Positions 27,706 to 38,577 of a stretch of 41,003 bases of DNA are shown here, piece after piece. Source of the stretch: Pseudomonadota bacterium (lineage in GTDB: Bacteria; Pseudomonadota; Gammaproteobacteria; Burkholderiales; Burkholderiaceae_C). The stretch spans positions 1 through 41,003 of the forward strand of contig JAFECZ010000001.1 of NCBI GenBank assembly GCA_018241905.1, given 5' to 3'. The first letter of the stretch is position 1, and every line of letters begins with the position of its first letter. Made by a program: the position numbers and the translations under genes. Under the pieces are notes generated by a model, which worked only from the letters and a program-made list of their open reading frames with translations, made no database searches and was not told where the DNA came from.

Positions 27706-28260
27706 ATGAGCAACTCCCAAGTCCTGCTGCTGCCCGGCTGGCAAAACAGCGGCCCCGAACATTGGCAAAGCCGTTGGGAAGACCGCTACGGCGACAAGCG
27801 GGTTCAGCAGCATGACTGGATGCGGCCGCTGCGTGGCGACTGGCAGATCCAGTTGGAAGAGGCCGTACTCGCCGCCACCGGGCCGGTGGTGCTGGCCGCC
27901 CACAGCCTCGGGTGCATCCTGGTGGCCTGGTGGGCCCAGCACTCGAAGAACACGCACAAGGTCCGTGGCGCGCTGCTGGTGGCGCCCGGCGACGTGGAGC
28001 GGGACGACCTGCGCCAGATGATCCCCGGCTGGGCACCCATCGCACGCCAGCCACTGCCCTTTCCGGCGCGCCTGATTGCGGCCGACAACGATCCGTACTG
28101 CGAGGCAGCCCGTTCGCGCCAGATGGCCAAGGACTGGGGCGCCGCGTTGACCGAAGTCGGCCCGCTGGGCCACATCAACGCCGAATCCGGCCTCGGCGAC
28201 TGGCCAGAAGGCCGCCGTTGGCTGCAAGATCTGCAGCAATCGAACCAGAAGAAAGACTGA
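27706..28260 (+). CDS. RBBP9/YdeN family alpha/beta hydrolase
   Basis: LPGWQNSGPEHWQ, AHSLGC nucleophile elbow, NDPYC, GHIN. Confidence 0.9.
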   Translation: MSNSQVLLLPGWQNSGPEHWQSRWEDRYGDKRVQQHDWMRPLRGDWQIQLEEAVLAATGPVVLAAHSLGCILVAWWAQHSKNTHKVRGALLVAPGDVERDDLRQMIPGWAPIARQPLPFPARLIAADNDPYCEAARSRQMAKDWGAALTEVGPLGHINAESGLGDWPEGRRWLQDLQQSNQKKD

Positions 28261-28271
28261 AGAAGAAAACG

Positions 28272-29234
28272 ATGGTCACCAAGAAACCCAAGGGACTGGG
28301 CCGCGGCCTGGAGGCATTGCTCGGGCCGGCCACCGGCGCCACTGTCATCGACTCGCCGGAAGAGGGCGCTGCCGCCAGCAAGGCGCCTGCCGACCCCAGC
28401 ACCCTGGCGCTGGACCGCATGGTGGCCGGCGTCTACCAGCCGCGCACGCGCATGGACGAAGGCGCGCTGTACGAACTGGCCGAGAGCATCAAGGCGCAGG
28501 GCATCATGCAGCCCATTCTCGTGCGCCGGCTCGACGACGAATCGGCGCGCGCCAAGAACGCGGAATTCGAAATCATCGCGGGCGAGCGGCGCTTCCGTGC
28601 CGCCAGGCTGGCGGGGCTGGCCGAGGTGCCGGTGCTGGTGCGCGACGTGCCCAACGAGGCGGCCGCGGCGATGTCGCTCATCGAGAACATCCAGCGCGAA
28701 GACCTCAATCCGCTGGAAGAAGCACAGGGTTTGCAGCGACTTACCAGTGAATTCGGCCTCACGCACGAACAGGCCGCGCAGGCCGTGGGCCGCTCGCGCA
28801 GCGCCGCCAGCAACCTGCTGCGCCTGCTCAACCTGGCCGCGCCGGCGCAGGAAATGCTCATGGCCGGCGATATCGACATGGGCCATGCGCGCGCGCTGCT
28901 CGCGCTGGACAAGGCCACCCAGATCACGGCGGCCAACCAGATCGCCGCCAAGAAGATGTCGGTGCGCGAGGCCGAAGCGCTGGTCAAGCGGCTGTCTGCC
29001 GAGTTCAGCCTCAAGGCCTCGCCGCGCGCCGGCCGCGATGGTGCAGAAAAATCGCGCGATGTGCTGCGATTGGAAGAAGAGCTGGCCGACCTGCTGACCG
29101 CCGAGGTCGAGGTGCGCGTGAAAAAGCGCAGCCGCCGCAATGGCAAGGTGGAGGAGAGCGGCGAACTCGCCATCCACTTTGGTTCCATCGAATCCCTCAA
29201 CGGCCTGATCGACCGGATCCGCCGTACGGCCTAG
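28272..29234 (+). CDS. parB: Chromosome partitioning protein ParB
   Basis: GLGRGLEALL, YQPR, IIAGERRFRA, ENIQREDLNPLEEA, HTH GRSRSAASNLLRLL. Confidence 0.96.
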   Translation: MVTKKPKGLGRGLEALLGPATGATVIDSPEEGAAASKAPADPSTLALDRMVAGVYQPRTRMDEGALYELAESIKAQGIMQPILVRRLDDESARAKNAEFEIIAGERRFRAARLAGLAEVPVLVRDVPNEAAAAMSLIENIQREDLNPLEEAQGLQRLTSEFGLTHEQAAQAVGRSRSAASNLLRLLNLAAPAQEMLMAGDIDMGHARALLALDKATQITAANQIAAKKMSVREAEALVKRLSAEFSLKASPRAGRDGAEKSRDVLRLEEELADLLTAEVEVRVKKRSRRNGKVEESGELAIHFGSIESLNGLIDRIRRTA

Positions 29235-29303
29235 GCGACTGGCCGGCGTGGTTCGGGCACGCGCAGCTTCGAGCGGCGCGCCGTGGCGTGGGGGAGGCCC
29301 GCT

Positions 29304-30728
29304 CTAGAGACTGAAGATCTTGCCCGGGTTCATGATGTTCTTCGGATCCAGCGCGCGCTTGATGGTGCGCATCATGTCCACCGCGCCCACGCCGGCCTCG
29401 TCGACCAGGAAGCCCATCTTGTGCAGGCCCACGCCGTGTTCGCCGGTGCAGGTGCCCTCCAGCGCCAGGGCGCGCGCGACCAGGGCGTGGTTGAGTTCCT
29501 CGGCCTTCACGCGCTCTTGCGGCGCATTGGGGTCCAGCAGATAGCCGAAGTGGAAGTTGCCGTCGCCCACGTGGCCCACCAGGAAGTAGGGGATGCCGCT
29601 GGCGTCCGCCTCCTTCACCGAGTCGAGCAGGCAGTCGGCCAGGCGCGAGATGGGCACGCAGGTGTCGGTGGAGATCACGCGGCAGCCGGGGCGCGACTGC
29701 ATCGCGGCGAAATAGGCGTTGTGCCGCGCAGTCCACAGGCGCGTGCGCTCCTCGGGCGTGCTGGCCCATTCGAAGGCCTTGCCGCCGTGCTCGCTGGCGA
29801 TCTCCTGCACTGTTTCCGCCTGCTCTTTGACACCGGCCGGCGAGCCGTGGAATTCCATGAGCAGCATCGGCTCTTCGCGCAGGCTGAGCTTGGAATGCGC
29901 GTTGACCATGCGGATCGTGTGCTGGTCGATCAGTTCCACGCGGGCAATCGGCACGCCCAGCTGGATGATCTGGATGGTGGTGCGCACCGCGTCCTCGATG
30001 CTGGGGAAGGAGCAGATCGCCGCCGACACCGCCTCGGGCAGCGGGTAGATGCGCAGCGTGATCTCGGTGATGACGCCCAGCGTGCCTTCGCTGCCCACCA
30101 GCAGGCGGGTGAGGTCGTAGCCGGCGGAAGACTTCTTGGCGCGCGTGCCGGTGCGGATCACCTCGCCGGCGGCCGTCACCACCTCCAGTGCCAGCACGTT
30201 CTCGCGCATGGTGCCGTAGCGCACCGCATTCGTGCCGCTGGCGCGGGTGGCCGTCATGCCGCCGATGGAGGCGTCCGCACCCGGATCGATGGGGAAGAAC
30301 AGGCCGGTGCTCTTGATTTCGTCGTTGAGCTGCTTGCGCGTGACGCCAGGCTGCGCCGTCACCGTGAGGTCGTCCGCGTTGATCGACACCACGCGGTTCA
30401 TGCGCGACACGTCGATGCTGATGCCGCCTTGCACGGCCAGCAGGTGGCCTTCGAGCGAGGAGCCGACGCCGAAGGGAATGACCGGCACTGCGAACTGGCT
30501 GGCCAGCTTCACCGCGTCGGCGACGTCCTGCGTGCTTTCGGCATAGACCACCGCGGCCGGAGGCGGCACGTCGAAGGACGACTCGTCGCGGCCATGCTGC
30601 GTGCGAACGGCCATCGCCGTCGACAGCTGCTGGCCGAAGCGCGACTTCAGCGCCTCGATCAGCGCTTCGGGCACCTCGCGCTGATGGAATTCGGGCACCA
30701 GGTGGGTGACGGCGGTGGGGGCGTTCAT
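29304..30728 (-). CDS. FAD-linked oxidase (D-lactate dehydrogenase / GlcD family)
   Basis: PFGVGSSLEGH, PIDPGADASIGGM, GSEGTLG, GHVGDGNFH, GEHGVGLHK, DPKNIMNPGK. Confidence 0.9.
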   Translation of the reverse strand: MNAPTAVTHLVPEFHQREVPEALIEALKSRFGQQLSTAMAVRTQHGRDESSFDVPPPAAVVYAESTQDVADAVKLASQFAVPVIPFGVGSSLEGHLLAVQGGISIDVSRMNRVVSINADDLTVTAQPGVTRKQLNDEIKSTGLFFPIDPGADASIGGMTATRASGTNAVRYGTMRENVLALEVVTAAGEVIRTGTRAKKSSAGYDLTRLLVGSEGTLGVITEITLRIYPLPEAVSAAICSFPSIEDAVRTTIQIIQLGVPIARVELIDQHTIRMVNAHSKLSLREEPMLLMEFHGSPAGVKEQAETVQEIASEHGGKAFEWASTPEERTRLWTARHNAYFAAMQSRPGCRVISTDTCVPISRLADCLLDSVKEADASGIPYFLVGHVGDGNFHFGYLLDPNAPQERVKAEELNHALVARALALEGTCTGEHGVGLHKMGFLVDEAGVGAVDMMRTIKRALDPKNIMNPGKIFSL

Positions 30729-30970
30729 GGGGTTGGGTCTCCAGCGGATGCGCAAGGGGCGCCGGCTGGCGCCAATCTTTCATTCTACGAACCCACAAGT
30801 TTGTCAGCCGACGGTCAAAACCCTGTTTCGCCTTGATGCCAAAAGCCATTGGCATTCCAGAAAGAATGCATATAGAATAGTTTAGAACTGAATGATTTAA
30901 CGGTAATCATCCTGCCCGATGGCGGTTCGGCGCCGGCGAGCACTATTCACTGGAAGCAACGGAGACCCCG

Positions 30971-33328
30971 ATGAACATCGTCTGCATTGGTGGCGGCCCG
31001 GCCGGCCTGTATTTCGCCCTGTTGATGAAGCAGCAGGACCCCACGCACGAGATCACGGTGGTGGAGCGAAACCGCCCCTACGACACCTTCGGCTGGGGCG
31101 TGGTCTTCTCCGACCAGACGCTGGGCAACCTGCAGCAGGCCGACCCGGTGAGCGCGCACCAGATCCTGGACGCGTTCAACCACTGGGACGACATCGAGGT
31201 GAACATCCGCGGCCACAAGACGCTTTCGGGCGGCCACGGCTTCTGCGGCATCGGGCGCAAGCGCCTGCTCAACATCCTGCAAAAGCGTTGCGAAGACGTG
31301 GGCGTGAAGCTGGTCTTCGAGACCGACGTGCAGGACGACACCGTCTACGCCGACGCCGACCTCATCATTGCCAGCGACGGCCTGAACAGCCGCGTGCGCA
31401 CCAAGTACGCGGCCCAGTACGAGCCGGACATCGACCTGCGCGACTGCCGCTTCGTCTGGCTGGGCACCACCAAGCTGTTCGACGCCTTCACCTTCGCCTT
31501 CGAAGAAACCGAGCACGGCTGGTTCCAGGCGCACGCCTACCGCTTCGACGACACGCACTCCACCTTCATCGTGGAAACGCCGCAGGCCGTGTGGGAACGC
31601 GCCGGCCTGGACAAGATGGAAAAGGAAGAGGCCATCGCCTTCTGCGAGAAGCTCTTCGCCAAGTACCTGGACGGCCACCCGCTCATCTCCAACGCCACGC
31701 ACCTGCGCGGCTCGGCGCAGTGGATCCGCTTCCCGCGCGTGGTGTGCAAGCGCTGGGTGCATCACAACGGCAACGCGCCGGTGGTGCTGATGGGCGATGC
31801 GGCGCACACGGCGCATTTCTCCATCGGCTCGGGCACCAAGCTCGCGCTGGAAGACGCGATCGAACTGGCCCGCTGCATCGGCAAGACGCCGAACGATCTG
31901 CAGGCGGCCCTGCAGCACTACGAAGAGGTGCGCAGCGTGGAAGTGCTGCGCATCCAGAACGCCGCGCGCAACTCCACCGAGTGGTTCGAGCACGTCGACC
32001 GCTACGTCAACCTGCCGCCCGAGCAGTTTGCCTACTCGCTGCTCACCCGCAGCCAGCGCATCAGCCACGAGAACCTGCGCCTGCGCGACAAGCACTACGT
32101 CGAAGACTTCGAGGACTGGCTGGCGGAGCGCGCAGGCAAGCAGCGCGGCAACGCTCAGCAGGCGGTGCCGCCCATGTTCACGCCCTTCACGCTGCGCGGC
32201 GTCACGCTGAAGAACCGCGTGGTCGTCTCGCCCATGGCGCAGTATTCGTGCGACGACGGCATGCCTGCCGACTACCACCTGGTCCACCTGGGCGCGCGCG
32301 CCATGGGCGGCGCTGGCCTGGTGATGGCGGAGATGACCTGCACCTCGCCCGACGCGCGCATCACCCCCGGGTGCCCGGGCCTGTGGAACGAGGCGCAGCG
32401 TGACGGCTGGAAGCGCATCGTCGACTTCGTGCATTCGCAAAGCGACGCGAAGATGGGCATGCAGATCGGCCACGCGGGCGCCAAGGGTTCCACGCGCCTG
32501 GCCTGGGAAGGCATCGACCAGCCGCTGGAATCGGGCAACTGGCCGCTCATCTCGGCTTCGCCGCAGCAATACCTGGACGGCGTGAGCGACTGGTCGCGCG
32601 CCATGACGCGCGAGGACATGGACCGCGTGAAGGAAGACTTCGTGCGCTCCGCCAAGTTCGCCGCGCAGGCCGGCTTCGACTGGCTGGAGCTGCACTGCGC
32701 GCACGGCTACCTGCTCTCGTCCTTCATCTCGCCGCTGACCAACCACCGCACCGACGACTACGGCGGCTCGCTGGCCAACCGCCTGCGCTATCCGCTGGAG
32801 GTGTTCCACGCGGTGCGCGAAGTGTGGCCGCAGAACCTGCCGATGTCGGTGCGCATCTCGGCGCACGACTGGGTCGAAGGCGGCATCACGCCCGATGACG
32901 CGGTGCAGATCGCGAAGGCATTCAAGGACGCAGGCGCCGACCTCATCGACTGCTCCTCGGGCCAGGTGAGCAAGAAGGAGCAGCCGGTATTCGGCCGCAT
33001 GTTCCAGACGCCCTTTGCCGACCGCGTGCGCAACGAGGCGGGCATTGCCACCATCGCGGTGGGCGCCATCTCGGAAGCCGACCACGTCAACAGCATCATT
33101 GCCGCCGGCCGTGCCGACCTGTGCGCCGTGGCGCGCCCGCACCTGGCCAATCCGGCCTGGACGCTCATGGAGTCGGCGAAGATCGGCTATCCGGACATCG
33201 CCTGGCCCAAGCAGTACCGCGCGGCCAAGATGCAGCTGGAGCGCAACCTCGAGCGCGAGCGTGCGGCCGCCGCGCAGGCGGCCGGCGCCTCGCCGCTGGA
33301 GCAGGCCAACCGCGCCCTCGGTGTGTGA
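30971..33328 (+). CDS. Bifunctional salicylyl-CoA 5-hydroxylase / 2-aminobenzoyl-CoA monooxygenase-reductase (AbmA-like)
   Basis: N-terminal flavin monooxygenase ([35 protein letters not shown]) fused to an OYE domain ([22 protein letters not shown]). Confidence 0.92.
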   Translation: MNIVCIGGGPAGLYFALLMKQQDPTHEITVVERNRPYDTFGWGVVFSDQTLGNLQQADPVSAHQILDAFNHWDDIEVNIRGHKTLSGGHGFCGIGRKRLLNILQKRCEDVGVKLVFETDVQDDTVYADADLIIASDGLNSRVRTKYAAQYEPDIDLRDCRFVWLGTTKLFDAFTFAFEETEHGWFQAHAYRFDDTHSTFIVETPQAVWERAGLDKMEKEEAIAFCEKLFAKYLDGHPLISNATHLRGSAQWIRFPRVVCKRWVHHNGNAPVVLMGDAAHTAHFSIGSGTKLALEDAIELARCIGKTPNDLQAALQHYEEVRSVEVLRIQNAARNSTEWFEHVDRYVNLPPEQFAYSLLTRSQRISHENLRLRDKHYVEDFEDWLAERAGKQRGNAQQAVPPMFTPFTLRGVTLKNRVVVSPMAQYSCDDGMPADYHLVHLGARAMGGAGLVMAEMTCTSPDARITPGCPGLWNEAQRDGWKRIVDFVHSQSDAKMGMQIGHAGAKGSTRLAWEGIDQPLESGNWPLISASPQQYLDGVSDWSRAMTREDMDRVKEDFVRSAKFAAQAGFDWLELHCAHGYLLSSFISPLTNHRTDDYGGSLANRLRYPLEVFHAVREVWPQNLPMSVRISAHDWVEGGITPDDAVQIAKAFKDAGADLIDCSSGQVSKKEQPVFGRMFQTPFADRVRNEAGIATIAVGAISEADHVNSIIAAGRADLCAVARPHLANPAWTLMESAKIGYPDIAWPKQYRAAKMQLERNLERERAAAAQAAGASPLEQANRALGV

Positions 33329-33353
33329 GGGGCATGAGCACAAAGGGGAAGAA

Positions 33354-33887
33354 ATGAAACAGAACGATCCGTCGCATGAACTCTTGAGCGAGGCCCATCA
33401 GCTGGGCCACGAAGCGCGCGCCCACAGCGGCGACCACGCGGCACTCAAGCTGTGGCTGCGCATGCTGGCCACCACCACGCAGATCGAGGCCGAGATCCGC
33501 AAGCGCCTGCGCGAGCAGTTCGACATCTCGCTGGCCCGCTTCGACTACATGGCGCAGCTCTATCGCCAGAAGGACGGCATGAAGATGCGCGCGCTGTCCA
33601 AGTACCTGATGGTGACCGGCGGCAACGTCACCGGCCTGACGGACGAGCTGCAGCGCGAAGGCCTGGTGGCACGCGAAGCCAGCCCCACCGACCGCCGCGC
33701 CTGGATCGTGCGCCTCACGCCCAAGGGCCGGCGACTGTTCGAGACCATGGCGCAGGAGCACGAGCAGTGGATTCTCGAGCTCTTCGCCAGCATGGATGAA
33801 GAAGCGATGCACCAGGTGCACGCCCACCTCGGCGAACTGCGTGTTCGCCTGGTTCACAACGACCAAGCTTCGCAGGAGAAGGAATGA
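33354..33887 (+). CDS. MarR family transcriptional regulator
   Basis: [32 protein letters not shown]. Confidence 0.9.
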   Translation: MKQNDPSHELLSEAHQLGHEARAHSGDHAALKLWLRMLATTTQIEAEIRKRLREQFDISLARFDYMAQLYRQKDGMKMRALSKYLMVTGGNVTGLTDELQREGLVAREASPTDRRAWIVRLTPKGRRLFETMAQEHEQWILELFASMDEEAMHQVHAHLGELRVRLVHNDQASQEKE

Positions 33888-34759
33888 GCACTACCGACAC
33901 CGCCGACACGCCGCGCGTGGACCCGGCCCTGGCCGCGGGCAACTTCAAGACCGCCGCCGGCTACAAGCCGCAGCACTTCGCGCTGCATGTCGAGGGTGGG
34001 GTGGCCACCATCACGCTGAACCGCCCCGAGCGCAAGAACCCGCTCACCTTCGATTCGTATGCCGAGCTGCGCGACTTCTTCGGCCAGCACCTGAAGTACG
34101 CGACCGACGTGAAGGCGGTCGTCGTCACCGGCGCCGGCGGCAACTTCTGCTCCGGCGGCGACGTGCACGAGATCATCGGCCCGCTGGTGCGCCTGAAGGC
34201 GCCCGAGCTGCTGGCCTTCACCCGCATGACCGGCGACCTGGTGAAAGCCATGCGCGCCTGCCCGCAGCCCATCATCGCGGCGGTGGACGGCGTGTGCGCC
34301 GGCGCCGGCGCCATCGTGGCCATGTCTTCCGACCTGCGCGTGGGCACCGCGCGCAGCAAGACCGCGTTCCTGTTCAACCGCGTGGGCCTGGCGGGCTGCG
34401 ACATGGGCGCTTGCGCCATCCTGCCGCGCATCATCGGCCAGGGCCGCGCCAGCGAGCTGCTCTACACCGGCCGCGCCATGGGCGGCGAAGAGGGCGAGCG
34501 CTGGGGCTTCTACAACCGCCTGGTCACGCCCGAGGAGCTGCTGGCCAACGCGCAGGCCTGGGCTGCCGAGCTGGTGCAAGGCCCGACCTTTGCCAACGGC
34601 ATCACCAAGACCATGCTGCACCAGGAATGGGCCATGACCATCGAGCAGGCCATCGAGTCCGAGGCGCAGGCCCAGGCCATCTGCATGCTCACCGAGGATT
34701 TCTCGCGGGCCTACCACGCCTTCGTGGCCAAGCAGAAGCCCAAGTTCGAAGGGAACTGA
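33884..34759 (+). CDS. Enoyl-CoA hydratase/isomerase family protein (AbmC-like)
   Basis: [30 protein letters not shown]. Confidence 0.9.
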   Translation: MSTTDTADTPRVDPALAAGNFKTAAGYKPQHFALHVEGGVATITLNRPERKNPLTFDSYAELRDFFGQHLKYATDVKAVVVTGAGGNFCSGGDVHEIIGPLVRLKAPELLAFTRMTGDLVKAMRACPQPIIAAVDGVCAGAGAIVAMSSDLRVGTARSKTAFLFNRVGLAGCDMGACAILPRIIGQGRASELLYTGRAMGGEEGERWGFYNRLVTPEELLANAQAWAAELVQGPTFANGITKTMLHQEWAMTIEQAIESEAQAQAICMLTEDFSRAYHAFVAKQKPKFEGN

Positions 34760-34763
34760 CACC

Positions 34764-35915
34764 ATGAGCGACACCAAGTACCTGGACTGGCCCTTCTTCG
34801 ATGAGCGCCATCGCACGCTGGCCCGCGAGCTCGACGCCTGGGCCACGCAGAACGTGCCGCACGCGCACGGCCCCGACGTCGATGCCGAATGCAAGTCGCT
34901 GGTGCGCGCGCTGGGGCAGGGCGGCTGGCTCAAGCACGCGGTGGGCGACAGCATCGATACACGCGCCATCTGCATCATTCGCGAAACGCTGGCGCGCCAT
35001 TCGGGCCTGGCCGATTTCGCATTCGCCATGCAGGGCCTCGGCTCCGGCGCCATCAGCCTGGCGGGCACGCCCGAGCAGCGCGAGCGCTACCTCAAGCGCG
35101 TGGAGCGCGGCGAGGCGATCAGCGCCTTTGCGCTGTCCGAGCCCGAGGCCGGTTCCGACGTGGCCGCCATGCAGTGCAGCGCCAAGGTCGAGGGCGACCA
35201 TGTGGTGATCAACGGCGAGAAAACCTGGATCTCCAATGGCGGCATCGCCGACTTCTACGTGGTGTTCACGCGCACCGGCGAAGCGCCGGGCGCGCGCGGC
35301 ATCTCGGCCTTCATCGTCGAAGCGGGCACGCCGGGCTTCGAGATCGCCGAGCGCATCAACGTGATTGCGCCGCATCCGCTGGCGCGCCTTCGCTTCACCA
35401 ACTGCCGCATTCCGCTCACGCAGCGCGTGGGCGCGGCGGGCGAGGGATTCAAGGTGGCGATGCGCACGCTGGACGTGTTTCGCACGTCGGTGGCGGCGGC
35501 CTCGCTGGGCTTCGCGCGCTGCGCGCTCGATGCGGCCATGGAGCGCGCCACCACGCGCAAGATGTTCAACCAGACGCTGGCCGACTTCCAGATCACGCAA
35601 AGCAAGCTGGCGCAGATGGCGCTCACCATCGACTCGTCGGCGCTGCTCGTCTACCGCGCCGCATGGCAGCGCGACCAGGGCCAGAACGTGACGCGCGAAG
35701 CCGCGATGGCCAAGCTGGCTGCCACCGAAGGCGCGCAGCAGGTCATCGATGCGGCAGTGCAGATGTTCGGCGGCCTGGGCGTGGTGAGCGAACAGACCGT
35801 GGAGCGCCTGTACCGCGAGATCCGCTCGCTGCGCATCTACGAAGGCGCCACCGAGGTGCAGCAGCTCATCATCGCGCGCGAGATGCTCAAGGCGCACGTG
35901 CCTTCGTCGCACTGA
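34764..35915 (+). CDS. Acyl-CoA dehydrogenase (AbmD-like)
   Basis: [37 protein letters not shown]. Confidence 0.92.
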   Translation: MSDTKYLDWPFFDERHRTLARELDAWATQNVPHAHGPDVDAECKSLVRALGQGGWLKHAVGDSIDTRAICIIRETLARHSGLADFAFAMQGLGSGAISLAGTPEQRERYLKRVERGEAISAFALSEPEAGSDVAAMQCSAKVEGDHVVINGEKTWISNGGIADFYVVFTRTGEAPGARGISAFIVEAGTPGFEIAERINVIAPHPLARLRFTNCRIPLTQRVGAAGEGFKVAMRTLDVFRTSVAAASLGFARCALDAAMERATTRKMFNQTLADFQITQSKLAQMALTIDSSALLVYRAAWQRDQGQNVTREAAMAKLAATEGAQQVIDAAVQMFGGLGVVSEQTVERLYREIRSLRIYEGATEVQQLIIAREMLKAHVPSSH

Positions 35916-35962
35916 CCGCACGACACGTCACAACACAACAGAGACAGAACAGGAGATCCCCC

Positions 35963-36355
35963 ATGCAAGTGCTTCTTCCAGAAGGCTGGCCGCGTCCCAA
36001 GGGCTACGCCAACGGCGTCAAGGTGCGCGGCACGCAGGTCTTCATCGCCGGCATGATCGGTTGGGACGCGCAGTGCGTGTTCCACACCGACGACTTCGCA
36101 GGCCAGGTGCGCCAGGCGCTGCAGAACATCGTCGACGTGCTGCGCGAAGCGGGCGGCAAGCCCGAGCACATCATGCGCATGACCTGGTACGTGACCGACA
36201 AGCGCGAATACCTCGCCGCCGGCCGCGAGATCGGCAAGGCTTACCGCGACATCATCGGCAGCTACAACGCGGCCATGACGGCGGTGGAAGTGAAGGCACT
36301 CATCGAGGATCGCGCCAAGGTCGAGATCGAAGTCACGGCGGTGCTGCCGGACTGA
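35963..36355 (+). CDS. RidA/YjgF family protein
   Basis: PKGYANG, IAGMIG, KVEIEVTA; AGGAG SD before ATG 35963. Confidence 0.88.
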   Translation: MQVLLPEGWPRPKGYANGVKVRGTQVFIAGMIGWDAQCVFHTDDFAGQVRQALQNIVDVLREAGGKPEHIMRMTWYVTDKREYLAAGREIGKAYRDIIGSYNAAMTAVEVKALIEDRAKVEIEVTAVLPD

Positions 36356-36507
36356 GTAGTGGGTTGCGCGAACGGCCGCGCGCAAGAGATTGACATCGTG
36401 TGATTAAGATCACCGGCGCTGCGGCTTACCCTTGCTCTCGTAAATGAGTTGTCACCCACAATCTGCTCACCTGCAAGCGGATAGGGTGAGCGCAGGCGAT
36501 CAGGGCG

Positions 36508-36861
36508 ATGCCGCCCAGGTCCGCTGACGATTCCCTGGTGCCCCCGCAGTCGGTGGTCTACCTGGGGCGCATTTCCGCCCACCTGCGCGATCGCAAGGAC
36601 ACCGAGTTTCGTGCAGGTTCGTTGATCCCGCTCATTGATCAAGCCGCACTCGGCATCTCCAATGCCACCTTCGATGTTGCGGTGAGCGACCAATCATCAG
36701 TGGACCTTCCGCGCTTCAAACAGGAATTTGCAGCACTGCGCACGCAGGCCATCCAGACGCAACTACTGCCCGCGTATGACCGAGGCGTGTTCGATCGCGC
36801 CTTCAGTGGAGGCGCTGCTGCGAGTGCGGCGCAGCCAGGCGCTGGCGTGAAGCCCAACTGA
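36508..36861 (+). pseudogene. Probable 5'-truncated relic of a hypothetical protein gene
   Basis: Protein-like core (VVYLGRISAHLRDRKDTEFRAGSLIPLIDQA..FDVAVSDQ); no signal peptide, no clear SD, lower GC than flanks. Confidence 0.4.
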
Positions 36862-37035
36862 GGCGCATCGCGAGCGCAACGGTACTGACGGCCATCACGC
36901 CAACGGTGCCGTTGTTTCCGCCTTACCATCCCGGGGTGCCAGTCACGCAGAGCTTGGTTCTTCTTTGCTCAAGTTCGGCGCAAGGGCCCGCCTGACCAGG
37001 CGGCACGATCCACACCGCCTCGGAGCATCCACCCC

Positions 37036-37611
37036 ATGGGCAACCGACTCACACAAATCGCCACCCGCACCGGCGACGACGGCACCACCGGCCTGGGCGA
37101 CAACACCCGCGTCCCCAAGAGCCACCTGCGCGTGGCCGCCATGGGCGACGTGGACGAACTCAACTCGCACATCGGCCTGCTGCTGTGCGAGACCATGCCC
37201 GCGCCGGTGCGCGAGCTGCTGGTCGACGTGCAGCATCAGTTGTTCAACCTGGGCGGCGAGCTGTCGATGCCGGGCTACACGCTGCTCAAGCCCGAGGCGC
37301 TGCTGCAACTGGACAACGCGCTGGCCGAGCACAACGCCACGCTGCCCCGCCTGGCGGAATTCATTCTGCCGGCCGGCACGCGCGCCGCGTCGCAGGCACA
37401 CGTGTGCCGCACGGTGGCCCGCCGCGCCGAACGCCTCGTGGTGGCGCTCGGTGCCGCCGACACCATCAACGACACGCCGCGGCGCTATCTCAATCGCCTG
37501 AGCGACCTGATGTTCGTGCTCGCCCGCGTGCTCAACCGCCTGGATGGCGGCGACGACGTCTACTGGAAGAGCGAGCGGCTGGCCCGCCAGCAGCAGGAAG
37601 AACAGCAGTAA
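37036..37611 (+). CDS. PduO-type ATP:cob(I)alamin adenosyltransferase
   Basis: IATRTGDDGTTGL, GDVDELNS, CRTVARRAER, YLNRLSDLMF. Confidence 0.93.
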   Translation: MGNRLTQIATRTGDDGTTGLGDNTRVPKSHLRVAAMGDVDELNSHIGLLLCETMPAPVRELLVDVQHQLFNLGGELSMPGYTLLKPEALLQLDNALAEHNATLPRLAEFILPAGTRAASQAHVCRTVARRAERLVVALGAADTINDTPRRYLNRLSDLMFVLARVLNRLDGGDDVYWKSERLARQQQEEQQ

Positions 37612-37715
37612 TTTGCCGGTGCCGGCCTACGCCAGCGAGCGCAGGCCGCGGCTACCATGGCATGGCGAGACAGATGCTCGCTTCCAGAGACAAGACAACA
37701 GCACATCCACACACC

Positions 37716-38060
37716 ATGAAGACACGCTCTCCACGCATTTGCATCGCGCTGGCCGCACTGCTGATGGCGGGCGCCGCCGCAGCGCAGGCTCCCAACCCGG
37801 AAAAGCCGGCCCCGAGCCAACCGGCGCACACCATCAAGCCCGCGCCCCGAACCAAGGTGGGCGACAGCATCCAGCACGGCACCGACGCGGCCGGCCGGAG
37901 CATTGCGCATGCAGACACGGCAACGCGCAACGGCATCAACCGCGGCTCCGAAGCCGCCAGCCGCCCGGTGCGCAACCTGGGCGACTCGCTGGGCCGCAAG
38001 TTGGGCCTGGGTCCCGCGCACGCGGCGCCGGCCGTGGGGCCGCAGGGCCAGCAGCCCTGA
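37716..38060 (+). CDS. Small secreted hypothetical protein
   Basis: MKTRSPRICIALAALLMAGAAAA signal peptide; Pro-rich then amphipathic low-complexity region. Confidence 0.6.
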   Translation: MKTRSPRICIALAALLMAGAAAAQAPNPEKPAPSQPAHTIKPAPRTKVGDSIQHGTDAAGRSIAHADTATRNGINRGSEAASRPVRNLGDSLGRKLGLGPAHAAPAVGPQGQQP

Positions 38061-38086
38061 CCCGGTAATGGCCGCCTTGCTGGCAC

Positions 38087-38467
38087 CTAGTCGCCGCCAG
38101 CCTGGTCGAAGGCCTCCTGCGCCGACACCAGCTTGCCGACGTTCGCTTCGGCCCACTGATCGACCACCACCAGCGCCCGGCTGAGCGAGCGGCCCAGCGC
38201 GGTGAGCCGGTATTCGACGTGCGGCGGCACGGTCTGGTAGTCGATGCGCTCGACCAGGCCGTTGCGTTCCAGTTCACGCAGGGTCTGGGTCAGCATCTTC
38301 TGCGAGATGCCTTCGATCCGGCGCATGAATTCGCCATTGCGCACCGGGCCTTCGTCCAGCAGCGGGACGATGAGCAAGGCCCACTTGCTGCCGATCAGTT
38401 CCAATGCCACGCGCGAGGGACAGCTGGCGCTGTAGACGTCGCCGCGCGAAGCGCGCTTTCCTGCCAT
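38087..38467 (-). CDS. HxlR/DUF24 family winged-helix regulator with N-terminal Cys
   Basis: SCPSRVALELIGSKW, GISQKMLTQTLRELE, VPPHVEYRLT. Confidence 0.92.
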   Translation of the reverse strand: MAGKRASRGDVYSASCPSRVALELIGSKWALLIVPLLDEGPVRNGEFMRRIEGISQKMLTQTLRELERNGLVERIDYQTVPPHVEYRLTALGRSLSRALVVVDQWAEANVGKLVSAQEAFDQAGGD

Positions 38468-38488
38468 GTCGCTCTTTTCCTTTTATAG

Positions 38489-38502
38489 GCACCAAAAGGT
38501 GC
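38489..38502. promoter_or_regulatory. Probable HxlR-family operator
   Basis: Dyad GCACC-AAAA-GGTGC in the AT-rich divergent intergenic region. Confidence 0.5.
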
Positions 38503-38577
38503 GTACTTGTCTAACGGGAAGTGTAGCCACAGACTCCATTCGTCTCAAATGCTCATTGGCATCGAAAGGAGTTCTTC

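Noticed and set aside
38500-38577. Guanidine riboswitch upstream of the SMR gene
   Set aside because: No paired ACGR-loop hairpins or ykkC-like structure visible; the region is short and shared with a divergent regulator.
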